Below, in pieces: positions 10,084 to 20,267 of a stretch of 64,000 bases of DNA. The notes beneath the pieces were generated by a model. The model ran no database searches, was not told the DNA's origin, and saw only the letters and a program-made list of their open reading frames with translations. The stretch is from the IMG/VR virus record IMGVR_UViG_3300028829_003739, positions 4,253 through 68,252 of that record, one strand, 5' to 3'. Numbering within the stretch: position 1 is the first letter of the stretch; each line of letters opens with the position of its first letter. The position numbers were made by a program, and so were the translations under genes. Source of the DNA: a virus.

Positions 10084-12852
10084 ATGAAAATATTTAACGC
10101 ACTAGATCTTAAAAAAGGAGCTAAAGCAGAGCACAATAGATTGTGGAATGTATCCCAACCTTTACAGTTTTTACCTAAATCTGAAAAAGATGACCAATGG
10201 GCAGCATGGAACCTAGACTGGCTTGAGTGGAACGGCTTAAAGCAAATAAGAAGAAATGCTAAAAAACTTATGAAAAACTATAAGTTAGCGGCAGGTCAAA
10301 TTGATAGAGCTGATTATATTGTAGAAGAAAATAATGATATGCGTGATATTGTAGAGCAACTTGCTTCTACAGATGATAATGCATTAGAATTAAAATTCTA
10401 TCCAATAATCCCTAATGTAGTAAATACTTTAGTTGCAGAATTTGCTAAAAGAAATACAAAAGTAAGTTTTAGAGCAGTTGACGAATATACACATAATGAG
10501 ATCTTAGAAAGGAAAAGAGGTGAAATAGAAGATGTACTTGTAAAATACGCTGAAGCAAGATTATTAAATAATCTAATTGAGCAAGGTGCTGATCCTGCAG
10601 ATCCTGAAATCGCACAAAAAATGCAAGAACAGTTACAACCAGACGTTCTTAAAAGATTACCTGAAATACAAGATTTTTATAATAAAGACTATGAAGTAAT
10701 ACCTGAAAAATGGGCTTCTAAACAACATCTTATAGATACTGAAAGGTTTCATATGGATGAATTAGAAGAAACAGGATTTTATGATAAGCTTGTTACTGAC
10801 CGTGAATTTTGGCATATGAAAATGATGGAGGATGACTATGATATTGAGTTATGGAATCCTGTATTGACTTTTTATCACAAATCGCCAGATGTTAGATATA
10901 TTGCTGATGGAAGTTATGTAGGTAAAATAGAACAGATGTCAGTACCTGATGTAATTGACAAGTACGGCTGGTTAATGAATGAACAGCAATTAGAATCATT
11001 ACAAAGACATTATCCAATAGGTGGAGCAGGTTATCCAATAGCAGGTTATCAGAATGACGGTACATTTTACGATGCAACAAGATCACATGACTGGAATACA
11101 GGATCACCATCATTAGGGTATAGACAGTATTCTTCTATGAGAGATAATTTTGCTTCTAATGGTAATGATATTATAGAATGGGTATTAGGTGAATCTGAAG
11201 ATTACTTAGGAGAAAATGCTCCTAATATGTTAAGAGTAACAACATCTTATTGGAAGTCCCAAGTAAAAATTGGACATCTAACAAAAATTTCAGAAAGTGG
11301 TGAAGTTACTACAAGCATTATAACAGAAGATTATCATGTAACAGACAAGCCTGTATATAATACTCAACTTATTATTAATAAGACTAGACAAAATTTAGTA
11401 TTCGGAGAACATATAGACTGGGTATGGATAAATAATGTATGGGGAGGAGTAAAGATAGGGCCGCAAGGACCAACATTCTTAGGTTTAGAAAACAGTAGCG
11501 GAATAAATCCAATATATTTAGGAATAAATCAAAACAATATAAAACCCCTTAAGTTTCAGTTTAAAGGAGAGAATACTCTTTACGGGTGTAAACTACCTGT
11601 AGAAGGTAGAGTCTTTACAGACAGAAATACAAGATCACATTCTTTAGTAGATTCAATGAAACCTTTTCAAATAGGTTACAACATTGTAAATAATCAAATA
11701 GCTGATATACTTATTGATGAGATAGGTACAGTAGTAATGTTAGATCAAAATACATTACCTAAGCATTCTTTAGGAGAAGACTGGGGTAAAGGTAATTTAG
11801 CTAAAGCATATGTTGCAATGAAAGATTTTAGCATGCTTCCTTTAGATACTTCTATTACTAATACAGAGAACGCATTAAATTTTAATCACTTCCAACAGTT
11901 AGACTTATCACAAACACAAAGGTTAATGTCTAGAATACAGTTGTCTACGTTCTTTAAGCAACAAGCTTATGAACAAGTAGGTGTAAGTGCACCAAGAATG
12001 GCACAACAATTAGGAGGTAAAGTTTCTGCAACAGAAGTAGAACAAATTCAAACAGGTTCTTATGCTCAAACAGAAATGCATTTTGTAGAGCACTGTGATC
12101 ACTTAATGCCAAGAGTACATCAAATGAGAACAGACTTATCACAATGGTACCATTCTACTAAACCGTCATTTAGATTACAAATTACTACATCTTTAGATGA
12201 AAGAGTTAATTTTGAAATAAACGGTAAAGACTTAATGCTACGTGATATTAATGTTTATTGTAGTACTAAAGCAAATCATAGAAAGTTATTAGAGCAAATG
12301 CAACAACTTGCTGTACAAAATAATACTACCGGAGCTTCTATTTATGACTTAGGACAAGTGATGCAAGCAGATTCAATGGGTGCATTAGAGAGTAGTTTAA
12401 AATCTATTGAAGCTAAGAATATGGCACAAGCTCAAGAGCAACGTGCTCATGAAGAAAAAATGGCTCAATCTGCTATGGAGCAAGCACAACAAGAAAAAGC
12501 TATGGAGTTAGAAGCTGAAGCTAGAGAAAATGAAAAAGATAGACGTAAAGATTTATTAGTAGCAGAAATTAAAGCATCTGGTTATGGTGCTATGCAAGAT
12601 ATAAATCAGAATTTACAATCTGACTTTGCAGATCAATTAGATAAAATTAAGGATACACAACAATATCAAGATACAGTTAACATACAACAAGAAAAGTTAA
12701 ATCAAAATCAAGCAAATCAAAGTCAGAAGATGAATTTGAAACGTGAAGAGATGGCTTTAAAAAGGGATATGAAGAATAAAGATCTTGAAATTGCAAGAGA
12801 AAATAAAAATCAATATGAATTAAAAAATCAAAAAGGTGGAAAAGATAAATAG
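10084..12852 (+). CDS. Portal protein
   Basis: 922 aa directly after TerL, with FYPIIPNVVN.L..EF.KR, KLPVEG..F.DRN....SLVD.MKPFQ and a coiled-coil crown tail. Matches crAss-like gene order. Confidence 0.85.
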   Translation: MKIFNALDLKKGAKAEHNRLWNVSQPLQFLPKSEKDDQWAAWNLDWLEWNGLKQIRRNAKKLMKNYKLAAGQIDRADYIVEENNDMRDIVEQLASTDDNALELKFYPIIPNVVNTLVAEFAKRNTKVSFRAVDEYTHNEILERKRGEIEDVLVKYAEARLLNNLIEQGADPADPEIAQKMQEQLQPDVLKRLPEIQDFYNKDYEVIPEKWASKQHLIDTERFHMDELEETGFYDKLVTDREFWHMKMMEDDYDIELWNPVLTFYHKSPDVRYIADGSYVGKIEQMSVPDVIDKYGWLMNEQQLESLQRHYPIGGAGYPIAGYQNDGTFYDATRSHDWNTGSPSLGYRQYSSMRDNFASNGNDIIEWVLGESEDYLGENAPNMLRVTTSYWKSQVKIGHLTKISESGEVTTSIITEDYHVTDKPVYNTQLIINKTRQNLVFGEHIDWVWINNVWGGVKIGPQGPTFLGLENSSGINPIYLGINQNNIKPLKFQFKGENTLYGCKLPVEGRVFTDRNTRSHSLVDSMKPFQIGYNIVNNQIADILIDEIGTVVMLDQNTLPKHSLGEDWGKGNLAKAYVAMKDFSMLPLDTSITNTENALNFNHFQQLDLSQTQRLMSRIQLSTFFKQQAYEQVGVSAPRMAQQLGGKVSATEVEQIQTGSYAQTEMHFVEHCDHLMPRVHQMRTDLSQWYHSTKPSFRLQITTSLDERVNFEINGKDLMLRDINVYCSTKANHRKLLEQMQQLAVQNNTTGASIYDLGQVMQADSMGALESSLKSIEAKNMAQAQEQRAHEEKMAQSAMEQAQQEKAMELEAEARENEKDRRKDLLVAEIKASGYGAMQDINQNLQSDFADQLDKIKDTQQYQDTVNIQQEKLNQNQANQSQKMNLKREEMALKRDMKNKDLEIARENKNQYELKNQKGGKDK

Positions 12853-12925
12853 CTATAGCTATATAATGCGAAATTCTTTTTTATTTACCGTTATTTTTTA
12901 AATCTAATAGATTTATTTTATATAT

Positions 12926-12945
12926 AATTGTGTATATTAATATTA
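12926..12945 (+). promoter_or_regulatory. Phage promoter motif (AATTGTGTATATTAATATTA)
   Basis: Recurrent motif upstream of the scaffold/capsid operon. Confidence 0.5.
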
Positions 12946-12971
12946 GTTAGTCATAACAAAAACCAATAGAT

Positions 12972-14303
12972 ATGAGTAAAAAAGAAGAAACCACTAATGT
13001 TTCTCAGGTCGAAGTTGACATTGATGAATTATTAGGTGTAGGGACAGACACGGTAATGTTAGCAGATGAATCAAATGATACAGCTGTTAAAGAAGATACA
13101 GATAAGAAAAGTATTTTTGCTCCATTAAGTCCCGACTTATCGTTCCTTGACAAGCCAGAAAATAAATCTGGCAATGAGAATAAAGTAGAAGCTAAAGCAG
13201 ATGCTACTGAAGATAAAGAAGAAGAAACTGTTGCAGAAAATGCAACAACTGAAACTTCTAAAGAAGAAGTAGCTGATTTTCTTGATACTCCTGAATTTGA
13301 AAATGAAGTTGAAAATTCAGAAGATGATAAAAAGAAAGGTGGTAGACCTACAGCGTTAGTTTCAGCAACTAAAAATCTAATTGAAAACGGATTATTAAAT
13401 CCTTTTAGAGATGATAATGGTGATGCTGAATCTGTTGAAAACTACACTGCTGAAGATTTTGAAGAATTGATTAAAGTTAATTTAGAACATAAATCTAAAG
13501 AACTTGAGGAAAAAATGCCTGAACAATTCTTTAAAAACATGCCTCGTGAAATGCAAGAAGCCTACGCATATATTGCTGAAGGTGGGACTGATATCAAAAG
13601 CATGTTTTCTGCCCTATCTACATCTGTTGAAGTTGCCGAGTTAGATCCTGGCAAAGAACCTCATCAGAAGCAAATAATTAGAACATATTTAAATGCTACT
13701 AATTACGGAACTCCTGAAGAAATAGAAGATGAACTTTATAGTTTAGAAGATAGAGGAGATTTAGAAAAGAAAGCTAATCAGTTTAAACCAAAACTTGATA
13801 AAATGCAAGAGCAGATAGTTGCTGATAAAATTGCAAGACAACAAGAAGAAGTTAAACAAAGACAAGCATCTTCACAAATGTACATTGATAGTGTATATTC
13901 TACTTTAGAAAAAGGTGAGTTAAATGGACTTAAACTTGACACACAAACACAGAATATGTTATATTCAGGTTTAGTACAGTCTAATTACTCATCAATGAAT
14001 GGCAACGGTTATACAAATATGTTAGGTAACCTTTTAGAAAAATACCAGTGGGGTACTAAAGATGAAAAACCAAGACATGATTTGATTGCTGAAGCATTAT
14101 GGTTGTTAGCTGATCCGACTGGATATAAGTCAAAGCTTAAAGAAGACACGGAAAAGCAAACACATGAAAAGACATTAAGAACTTTAAAGACTGAGCAGTC
14201 TAGTAAAAATATTTCTAGTAGTTCAGTTAAAGAAGAAAAACCTTCTAGCAGAAGTGTATCAAGGGGAATACCAAGACCTAAGAGAAACTTTTTCGGAAGA
14301 TAA
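12972..14303 (+). CDS. Putative capsid scaffolding protein
   Basis: Acidic disordered N-terminus, coiled coil and basic C-terminal tip. Lies between portal and MCP. Confidence 0.6.
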   Translation: MSKKEETTNVSQVEVDIDELLGVGTDTVMLADESNDTAVKEDTDKKSIFAPLSPDLSFLDKPENKSGNENKVEAKADATEDKEEETVAENATTETSKEEVADFLDTPEFENEVENSEDDKKKGGRPTALVSATKNLIENGLLNPFRDDNGDAESVENYTAEDFEELIKVNLEHKSKELEEKMPEQFFKNMPREMQEAYAYIAEGGTDIKSMFSALSTSVEVAELDPGKEPHQKQIIRTYLNATNYGTPEEIEDELYSLEDRGDLEKKANQFKPKLDKMQEQIVADKIARQQEEVKQRQASSQMYIDSVYSTLEKGELNGLKLDTQTQNMLYSGLVQSNYSSMNGNGYTNMLGNLLEKYQWGTKDEKPRHDLIAEALWLLADPTGYKSKLKEDTEKQTHEKTLRTLKTEQSSKNISSSSVKEEKPSSRSVSRGIPRPKRNFFGR

Positions 14304-14341
14304 AAAAGTAAATTAATTATAAACAATAAACCTGTAACACA

Positions 14342-15970
14342 ATGAGTACACCAGTATGGAACAATGGGCTGTTTTTAAGAGATACCTCTTATCAAGCAAG
14401 CTCGCACATTGATTCTTACCACTTAGCTAGCATGTTGAAAGATGCAGAACCTATGGACATGGGACCAGTAGATATCTGGGCTATGACACAGAAGGTTGAA
14501 ATGCCTCTTTACCAAATGTCAAGCTTTGGAGGAAAGAACGTGATCGAAGTAGACAATATCAGAGGTGAGTATAAGTGGACAACGCCAGTGGCAAATGATC
14601 TTCCTTATATCGTTGAAGATATTGAAACTGCAAACAAAAGAAAAGGTATTGACGGTACCACTTTCAAAATCAAACTTAATAAGAGAGAGTTTGGACACGG
14701 AGATATCATTACTTATGATAAGTATAATGGTGTTGAATTATTAATTTCTAGTGAAGAAGATATCTTACCTTTAGGTGACGGTTTCATTTACACTGTGCAA
14801 TTAGTGAACAATGACTCTTATAAGTTTTTAGATGACAAGTTTTTAGCATCTGGAACTAAGTTTTTCAGAAAAGGTTCTGCTAGAGGTGAGTACGGAGAAA
14901 GATTCTCTGACATCACAACTAAGTCAGGATACAGAGAATTCTACAACTATGTAGGAGGAGCTGAAGCACACGTTCATTATTCTATCTCATCTAGAGCTGA
15001 TATGCAGATCAAAGGTGGTATGAATGCTGACGGTACTGTACCAGTTACTGAAATCTGGAGAAACTTTGATAAGTCTATGGATCCATCAGTATCTTCTATT
15101 GAAGACATGGTATCTAAAATGGGTAAAGATTATGTAAAGAGAGCTGTTGCTAACGGTGACCTTTCTAGATCTTTCTTAACTAATCTTGAAGCAGCTCACT
15201 TAACTAAAGTAGCTACCGATATTGAAACTTACTTAATGTGGGGTCATGGTGGTAGAGCTAGACAAGACGGTCCAGATGATATCAGATTATCTGTAGGTTT
15301 ATGGAAGCAACTTGATAACTCTTTCAAAAGAGTGTACAACAAGTCTTCTTTCAACTTAGAGTTATTCAGAGCAGAGTTATATAACTTCTATGCTGGTAAA
15401 GTTGACTTCCAAGGTCCAGATCCAGGTAGAAAAGTTGTAGTTCAAACAGGTATGGGAGGAATGAGAATGATTAATGAAGCTATCAAAAGAGAAGCTGCAT
15501 CTCAAAACTTCTACATTGATCCGTCTGAGAAATCAGGTATCGGAGCAATCAAAGGTACAGGTATGAACTTAGGACTTGGTTATTCTTACACTAGCTATGT
15601 AATTCCATTCTTAGCTAATGTAGAATTTGTAATCAACCCTGCATTTGATAATGTTCACACTAATGATATTGAGAACCCAATCATTGATGGTAATCCTTTA
15701 TCTTCTTATTCATTCATCATCTTTGATATCACTGATAACACTAATGACAACATTTATATGTTGAAACTTAAGTGGGATTCAGAACTTAAATGGTGGTACC
15801 AAAACGGTACAATGGATTACATGGGAAGAACTCAAGGATTCCAGTCTTCAGGTCAGTTTAACGGATATAGAGTTTATATGACTCAAGTAATGCCGGCAAT
15901 CTGGGTAAAAGACCCGACTAAAGTTCTTAAAATTGTAATGAGAAACCCAGTTACTGGAGGATCATTCTAA
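14342..15970 (+). CDS. Major capsid protein (crAss-like)
   Basis: 542 aa with strongly biased codon use (ttc, aac, atc) and E.YLMWG..G, GLW.QL and TG.GG motifs. Followed by a terminator. Confidence 0.88.
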   Translation: MSTPVWNNGLFLRDTSYQASSHIDSYHLASMLKDAEPMDMGPVDIWAMTQKVEMPLYQMSSFGGKNVIEVDNIRGEYKWTTPVANDLPYIVEDIETANKRKGIDGTTFKIKLNKREFGHGDIITYDKYNGVELLISSEEDILPLGDGFIYTVQLVNNDSYKFLDDKFLASGTKFFRKGSARGEYGERFSDITTKSGYREFYNYVGGAEAHVHYSISSRADMQIKGGMNADGTVPVTEIWRNFDKSMDPSVSSIEDMVSKMGKDYVKRAVANGDLSRSFLTNLEAAHLTKVATDIETYLMWGHGGRARQDGPDDIRLSVGLWKQLDNSFKRVYNKSSFNLELFRAELYNFYAGKVDFQGPDPGRKVVVQTGMGGMRMINEAIKREAASQNFYIDPSEKSGIGAIKGTGMNLGLGYSYTSYVIPFLANVEFVINPAFDNVHTNDIENPIIDGNPLSSYSFIIFDITDNTNDNIYMLKLKWDSELKWWYQNGTMDYMGRTQGFQSSGQFNGYRVYMTQVMPAIWVKDPTKVLKIVMRNPVTGGSF

Positions 15971-15986
15971 GAATAGTTAATTTAGA

Positions 15987-16013
15987 AAAGGAGGGGGTAA
16001 CTCCTCCTTTTTT
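15987..16013 (+). terminator. Intrinsic terminator after MCP
   Basis: AAAGGAGGGG-GTAA-CTCCTCCTTT hairpin followed by a T tract. Confidence 0.85.
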
Positions 16014-16056
16014 ATTTTAGTTGTCAATACATATTAACCAACAAAAATTAAATAAA

Positions 16057-17190
16057 ATGGCAAAAAGATCATTATCAAAAGAAACGACTGCGGACATAAA
16101 AGGCGCACCTACAGCTTCAGTATTAGAAGCAAAAGTTCCAGATACATTAACTAAAACTCCAAAAGTGGTGAAGAAAAAAGCAAAAGCACATTTTACTGAA
16201 ATCTTCAAAGGCACTGGAAAGATTGCAGTTAAACCATATGTAGATCCTGATTCAGAAAACATGGGATTAGAAGATTATGGTTTTGCTTTATTTCCAGGTA
16301 CATATCATGAAGAGCAAATTGCTGCAATAGAAAGAAATGGTATTGTAAGGTTTATTACAGGATTAGACGAGTATGCTCCTGAAGTACAAAACATTAAAAA
16401 TGTTGAGCAAAAAGAAGCTGTTATAGGAAACATAAGAGAAGTAGTTGCTTACTTAGAAAAAGCATTAGCAACTAATGTACTTAAAACAGAAGATGAGGAT
16501 TTTTGGAATAAAGTAAAATTACTTAGACCTGATAATCACGATTTTTGGTCAAAAATATCTATTAAGTGTAGTAATGAACCTACACACATAAATCCTCAGA
16601 ATGATCCTTACGACCTAATCAAATTTATGGCTATAGAAGCAGGAGGATTTGATTTAGTAGCAAAATCATTTGAAGATGCTCAGGCTCAAGCAGTTGCGCC
16701 TAAATTCTTTTTAGATAAAGAGATACATACAACATCAAGTAGAACTAGTTACAAGAAATTACGTAACAAAGCTCTTTCAGCACTTGACAAAATGTTTAAT
16801 AGCAATCCTAAAAAATTATTCTATGTGTCTAAAGTATTAGATACTGATAGTGCAAGTTATAAAACAAACACTCCTACTGACGTATTATATGACGTTATGG
16901 ATGACTTTATAGCAGGGTTAGGTATTGAAACAAATAAATCTAAAGCAGCTGAAAGATTTATTGATACTTGTGATCTTGATATGGAAACTTTAAAATTAAA
17001 AGCAGTTGTTAAAGATGCAACGTTTTTTAGATTTATAAGTTTAAAAACAGATGGAATGTTATATCATAGCGCAACAAGTACTATGTTAGGTAGAAATGTT
17101 GCAGATGTAGTTATATATTTAAAGAATCCTGTAAATGAAGATATACTTATAAGCATATTGCAAGAAGTTGAATCTTTTTGGAATGAGTAA
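16057..17190 (+). CDS. Conserved crAss-like protein downstream of MCP
   Basis: Likely start is ATG 16057 (MAKRSL). Call rests on conserved position in the crAss capsid module. Confidence 0.6.
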   Translation: MAKRSLSKETTADIKGAPTASVLEAKVPDTLTKTPKVVKKKAKAHFTEIFKGTGKIAVKPYVDPDSENMGLEDYGFALFPGTYHEEQIAAIERNGIVRFITGLDEYAPEVQNIKNVEQKEAVIGNIREVVAYLEKALATNVLKTEDEDFWNKVKLLRPDNHDFWSKISIKCSNEPTHINPQNDPYDLIKFMAIEAGGFDLVAKSFEDAQAQAVAPKFFLDKEIHTTSSRTSYKKLRNKALSALDKMFNSNPKKLFYVSKVLDTDSASYKTNTPTDVLYDVMDDFIAGLGIETNKSKAAERFIDTCDLDMETLKLKAVVKDATFFRFISLKTDGMLYHSATSTMLGRNVADVVIYLKNPVNEDILISILQEVESFWNE

Positions 17191-17191
17191 G

Positions 17192-17211
17192 AAATTTAGT
17201 ATATTATTATA
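17192..17211 (+). promoter_or_regulatory. Phage promoter motif (AAATTTAGTATATTATTATA)
   Basis: Recurrent motif in an intergenic gap. Confidence 0.6.
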
Positions 17212-17221
17212 CAAGCTTTAA

Positions 17222-17260
17222 TAAACAAGGGTAACTTTCTTTAAAGTTTACCCTTGTTTA
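17222..17260. repeat. Inverted repeat/hairpin in the leader of ORF 17296
   Basis: TAAACAAGGGTAA...TTACCCTTGTTTA, 13-bp perfect arms. Confidence 0.7.
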
Positions 17261-17295
17261 GTAAATAAGAGTCAATAACACTAAATAAGAAGAAA

Positions 17296-18000
17296 ATGAA
17301 TAATGCCGCAATTCAGTTAAAGATAAAACAAAGACTTAATAAGTTAGACAGTTCTGATTATGATAACATAGAAGCGTGGCAACTTATTGAAGCGTTTAAC
17401 AAAGGTCAAGTAACTTGGTGTAGAAGACAGTTACATGGAACTAATACTAAACAGGAAGGTGATGAACAATCTAAAAGACGTATAGATGATTTACAAAGAT
17501 TGTTAAAGGAAAAAGATATGCCTTTAACAATGAGTGATACATATTTTATAAGTCAAGAATTACCTGATGATTATTTTGAATGGAAAAGAATCAGTGTAAC
17601 TGCCGTAGATAAATGTTGTGATGATCCTAGAAAAATGGTAATCTATTTAGCGGAAGAAGCTAATGTAGATGAGCTATTACGTGATGATATTAAAAAACCT
17701 AGCTTTGCTTGGGCAGAAAGTTTTTGCACATTAAAAAATAATAAAATACGAGTATTTACAAACAATGAGTTTGAAATTAATGATGCTGTATTATCTTATT
17801 ATAGACAACCTGTAAGAATACAAATTGCAGGGATACAAGATCCTTACAATCAATTAGTATCATTAATTGATGTTGAATGTGAGTTTAAAGATGACATTGT
17901 AGAAGTGCTTGTAGACGAAGCGGTTAAGATATTAGCTGGTGATATAGAATCAGTAAATCAAAGACAAATCGCAACTAATGAAGTAGAATCAAATAATTAA
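17296..18000 (+). CDS. Tail ring / head-tail connector protein
   Basis: LNKLDS..Y, LP.DY, Y.R.P and ILVDEAV-like patterns typical of crAss ring proteins, plus position. Confidence 0.6.
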   Translation: MNNAAIQLKIKQRLNKLDSSDYDNIEAWQLIEAFNKGQVTWCRRQLHGTNTKQEGDEQSKRRIDDLQRLLKEKDMPLTMSDTYFISQELPDDYFEWKRISVTAVDKCCDDPRKMVIYLAEEANVDELLRDDIKKPSFAWAESFCTLKNNKIRVFTNNEFEINDAVLSYYRQPVRIQIAGIQDPYNQLVSLIDVECEFKDDIVEVLVDEAVKILAGDIESVNQRQIATNEVESNN

Positions 18001-18024
18001 TACTTTATTAGTATATGTTCTAAG

Positions 18025-18044
18025 AAATTTTTACTATATTATAT
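18025..18044 (+). promoter_or_regulatory. Phage promoter motif (AAATTTTTACTATATTATAT)
   Basis: Recurrent motif upstream of ORF 18080. Confidence 0.6.
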
Positions 18045-18079
18045 GTATATATATTTTGTTTAATTAAATTTTTAAAAAA

Positions 18080-19474
18080 ATGGCTTATTTTAACCATGCG
18101 TACAAAAAGTCTTTCCTAGCAGTTGTTGGAGATAGACAAGTTAACGTAGAGAACAGTCCTCTAAGAGATGACGAGTTACCTCTACCAAATGATATTGAAA
18201 TCAAACTTGGTGTCTTAGACACAGATGGAGTTCATATTTCATATCTTAAAGAACCAGAATTAGGAATGGGTCCTGGAGTAGTAGGATTTTTTAAAGCAAC
18301 TGAAAAAGATAAAGATTTATCTGTTAGACCAGGTGTGTTAGCTGCAGACTGTTGCCCATTTTATGTTGCAGGTGCTGCAATTAAAACTAAAGACAAGCAA
18401 GGACCTTACCATGGTGGGTACAGAGAACCTGCTAGATCTAAAGTTATCAATCCTAAGTATACAAGAAAAACTTGGGGTGTTGTTCCTAATGCTGCTTCAC
18501 AAGCTGTATTAGAAATTGGAGGTACTGCAGATAATATCGCAGCTAACCCAGCATGTGCAAAAGAATTTATTTGCGGTGAAGATTATAACTTAAGAATAGA
18601 TATTAAAGGAACACCTGCATTAAGGTTTGCTAATCATAACTTGTACCATACTTTTCAAGCTAATGGTGGATGTTGTGCAGATCCAACTTTACCAGCAGCA
18701 GTAGGTCCTGAAACTATATACACGCAATGGGCAACACAAATTGCTGAAAGTGAATTCACTAAAGATTTTGTTTTACCATTAGTAGAAGTAACATATGATG
18801 ATCCTGCTAACCCAGGAACTCCAGTTACTAATACATACGCCTATGATAAAGCTTCAGCATTAGCTGCAGGTTTACCAGCAGTAAATATTTTATCTGCAAT
18901 TGATGCTTTAACAGCAATTGAATCAGCAGGTTTAATTTTATTAGGTGCATATGTTGATACTAAATTTGGAGATTGTACTTTCCAAGTATCTGATTTCTAT
19001 GGACAAGATCCAGTACAGTTATTTGCTTCTGAAGTAGATTACAATGGTGATCCTTGTGCATTTGAAGGTTTATGTGTAACTGATGTTTGTTTAGGTATTA
19101 AAGCTGAAGGACTAGGTGAATCAGTAGTTAGAGATGTAATTTTATCTGAAAGCTACCTTCAAAACTTCTTCTCTACTGATGAGAGAATTAGAGAAATTAC
19201 TCAAGGTACAGCAGTATTTGATTTAGTTGATAGAACTGCATTATATAGCAGAACTTATATTTTACATTCTGTTCCAAGATTCAATAATCCAACTGGAGTA
19301 TTTGATAATGATCAGTACTTACTTGAAATTATTGGTGATGGTGACACTGTAAAATTCTTAGCTGATGCACTTAATGACTGGACAGCTAATTGTGCAGTTT
19401 CTTGTGATGAGCATAAGTTATTCATAGTTGAGCCTTGTGAGTTTGATCCTAAATTTGTAACTCCAAAAGTGTAA
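18080..19474 (+). CDS. Auxiliary capsid (abundant structural) protein
   Basis: Has its own promoter and terminator and sits third after MCP, as in crAss-like phages. Beta-rich and Cys-containing. Confidence 0.55.
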   Translation: MAYFNHAYKKSFLAVVGDRQVNVENSPLRDDELPLPNDIEIKLGVLDTDGVHISYLKEPELGMGPGVVGFFKATEKDKDLSVRPGVLAADCCPFYVAGAAIKTKDKQGPYHGGYREPARSKVINPKYTRKTWGVVPNAASQAVLEIGGTADNIAANPACAKEFICGEDYNLRIDIKGTPALRFANHNLYHTFQANGGCCADPTLPAAVGPETIYTQWATQIAESEFTKDFVLPLVEVTYDDPANPGTPVTNTYAYDKASALAAGLPAVNILSAIDALTAIESAGLILLGAYVDTKFGDCTFQVSDFYGQDPVQLFASEVDYNGDPCAFEGLCVTDVCLGIKAEGLGESVVRDVILSESYLQNFFSTDERIREITQGTAVFDLVDRTALYSRTYILHSVPRFNNPTGVFDNDQYLLEIIGDGDTVKFLADALNDWTANCAVSCDEHKLFIVEPCEFDPKFVTPKV

Positions 19475-19496
19475 TTTAAATTAATAATTAATAATC

Positions 19497-19538
19497 AAAG
19501 GGAGAGTGGAGTTTATATTCTTCTCTCCTTTTTTTTTT
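19497..19538 (+). terminator. Intrinsic terminator
   Basis: AAAGGGAGAG...TTCTCTCCTTT hairpin followed by a long T tract. Confidence 0.8.
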
Positions 19539-19549
19539 AAATAATAAAT

Positions 19550-20104
19550 ATGGGACAGCATAAGTTAAGTTTAGAAGCACCTCTCACGATGAATGATTGT
19601 GTGTTAAGAGTTGTAGATACAAGTATATACGACTCAAATGTGGACATAGATTGTCCATTATTAGAAATTACATTACCAGGCTTTTCGTATAGTGTTCAAT
19701 TAGGGGAAAATAAAATTAGCCCCAATTTTATTTTAAACTTGTCAGCTTGCGATCTTGAAATACAAACAGCTAATTGTGGTACTGTTTTCAATAGTTTACC
19801 AGATGGGATATACATTATCAAATATAGCGTATCACCCAATGACACCGTCTATGTTGAATATAATCACTTACGCATTACTAGTGCATTAACTACGTACGAA
19901 AAAATACTATGTGACATTGACGTATCGGATTGCTCACCAACTTCTAAAGTTGCTAAACAGTTAGAAGATTTAAGACAGATAAAAATGTATCTTGAAGCTG
20001 CTAAAGCAAAAGTAGAAACATGTCATGAACCTAAAAAGGGAATGACTCTATATAATTATGCTGTAAAACAACTAAGTAAATTTACATGCAGTAGTTGTCA
20101 TTAG
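19550..20104 (+). CDS. Structural protein (tail hub-like)
   Basis: LPDGIY.IKYSV.P motif, Cys-containing, in the structural module. Confidence 0.5.
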   Translation: MGQHKLSLEAPLTMNDCVLRVVDTSIYDSNVDIDCPLLEITLPGFSYSVQLGENKISPNFILNLSACDLEIQTANCGTVFNSLPDGIYIIKYSVSPNDTVYVEYNHLRITSALTTYEKILCDIDVSDCSPTSKVAKQLEDLRQIKMYLEAAKAKVETCHEPKKGMTLYNYAVKQLSKFTCSSCH

Positions 20105-20126
20105 TAAATATTTAAAACCAACAAAT

Positions 20127-20264
20127 ATGAAATGTACAAATTGTGGAGCTACGTTAACTTGCGGATGTAAGAAAAGAGTGGCTAAAGATGGAGCTAAAGT
20201 ATGTGCTCACTGTGTTAAATCATATAACGCAAAACTAAAAGAAACAGAAAATAAAAAAGAATAA
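20127..20264 (+). CDS. Small Cys-rich metallothionein/Zn-finger-like protein (45 aa, not in ORF track)
   Basis: MKCTNCGATLTCGCKKRVAKDGAKVCAHCVKSYNAKLKETENKKE. It fills the intergenic gap and follows the AAAACCAACAAAT leader. Confidence 0.75.
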   Translation: MKCTNCGATLTCGCKKRVAKDGAKVCAHCVKSYNAKLKETENKKE

Positions 20265-20267
20265 GTT

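Noticed and set aside
10078-10090. TerL TAG stop directly in frame with the portal ATG, suggesting stop-codon reassignment or readthrough as in some crAss-like phages
   Set aside because: Multi-kb ORFs are uninterrupted in the standard code and TAG and TGA both serve as ordinary stops, so there is no evidence of recoding.
12849-12864. ATAGCTATAGCTATAT palindromic run at the portal stop
   Set aside because: It is a short, single, low-complexity occurrence with no supporting context.
7876-15970. Introns or inteins in terminase, portal or MCP, which are common in crAss-like phages
   Set aside because: The ORFs are continuous and of expected size, with no homing endonuclease or intein motifs seen.
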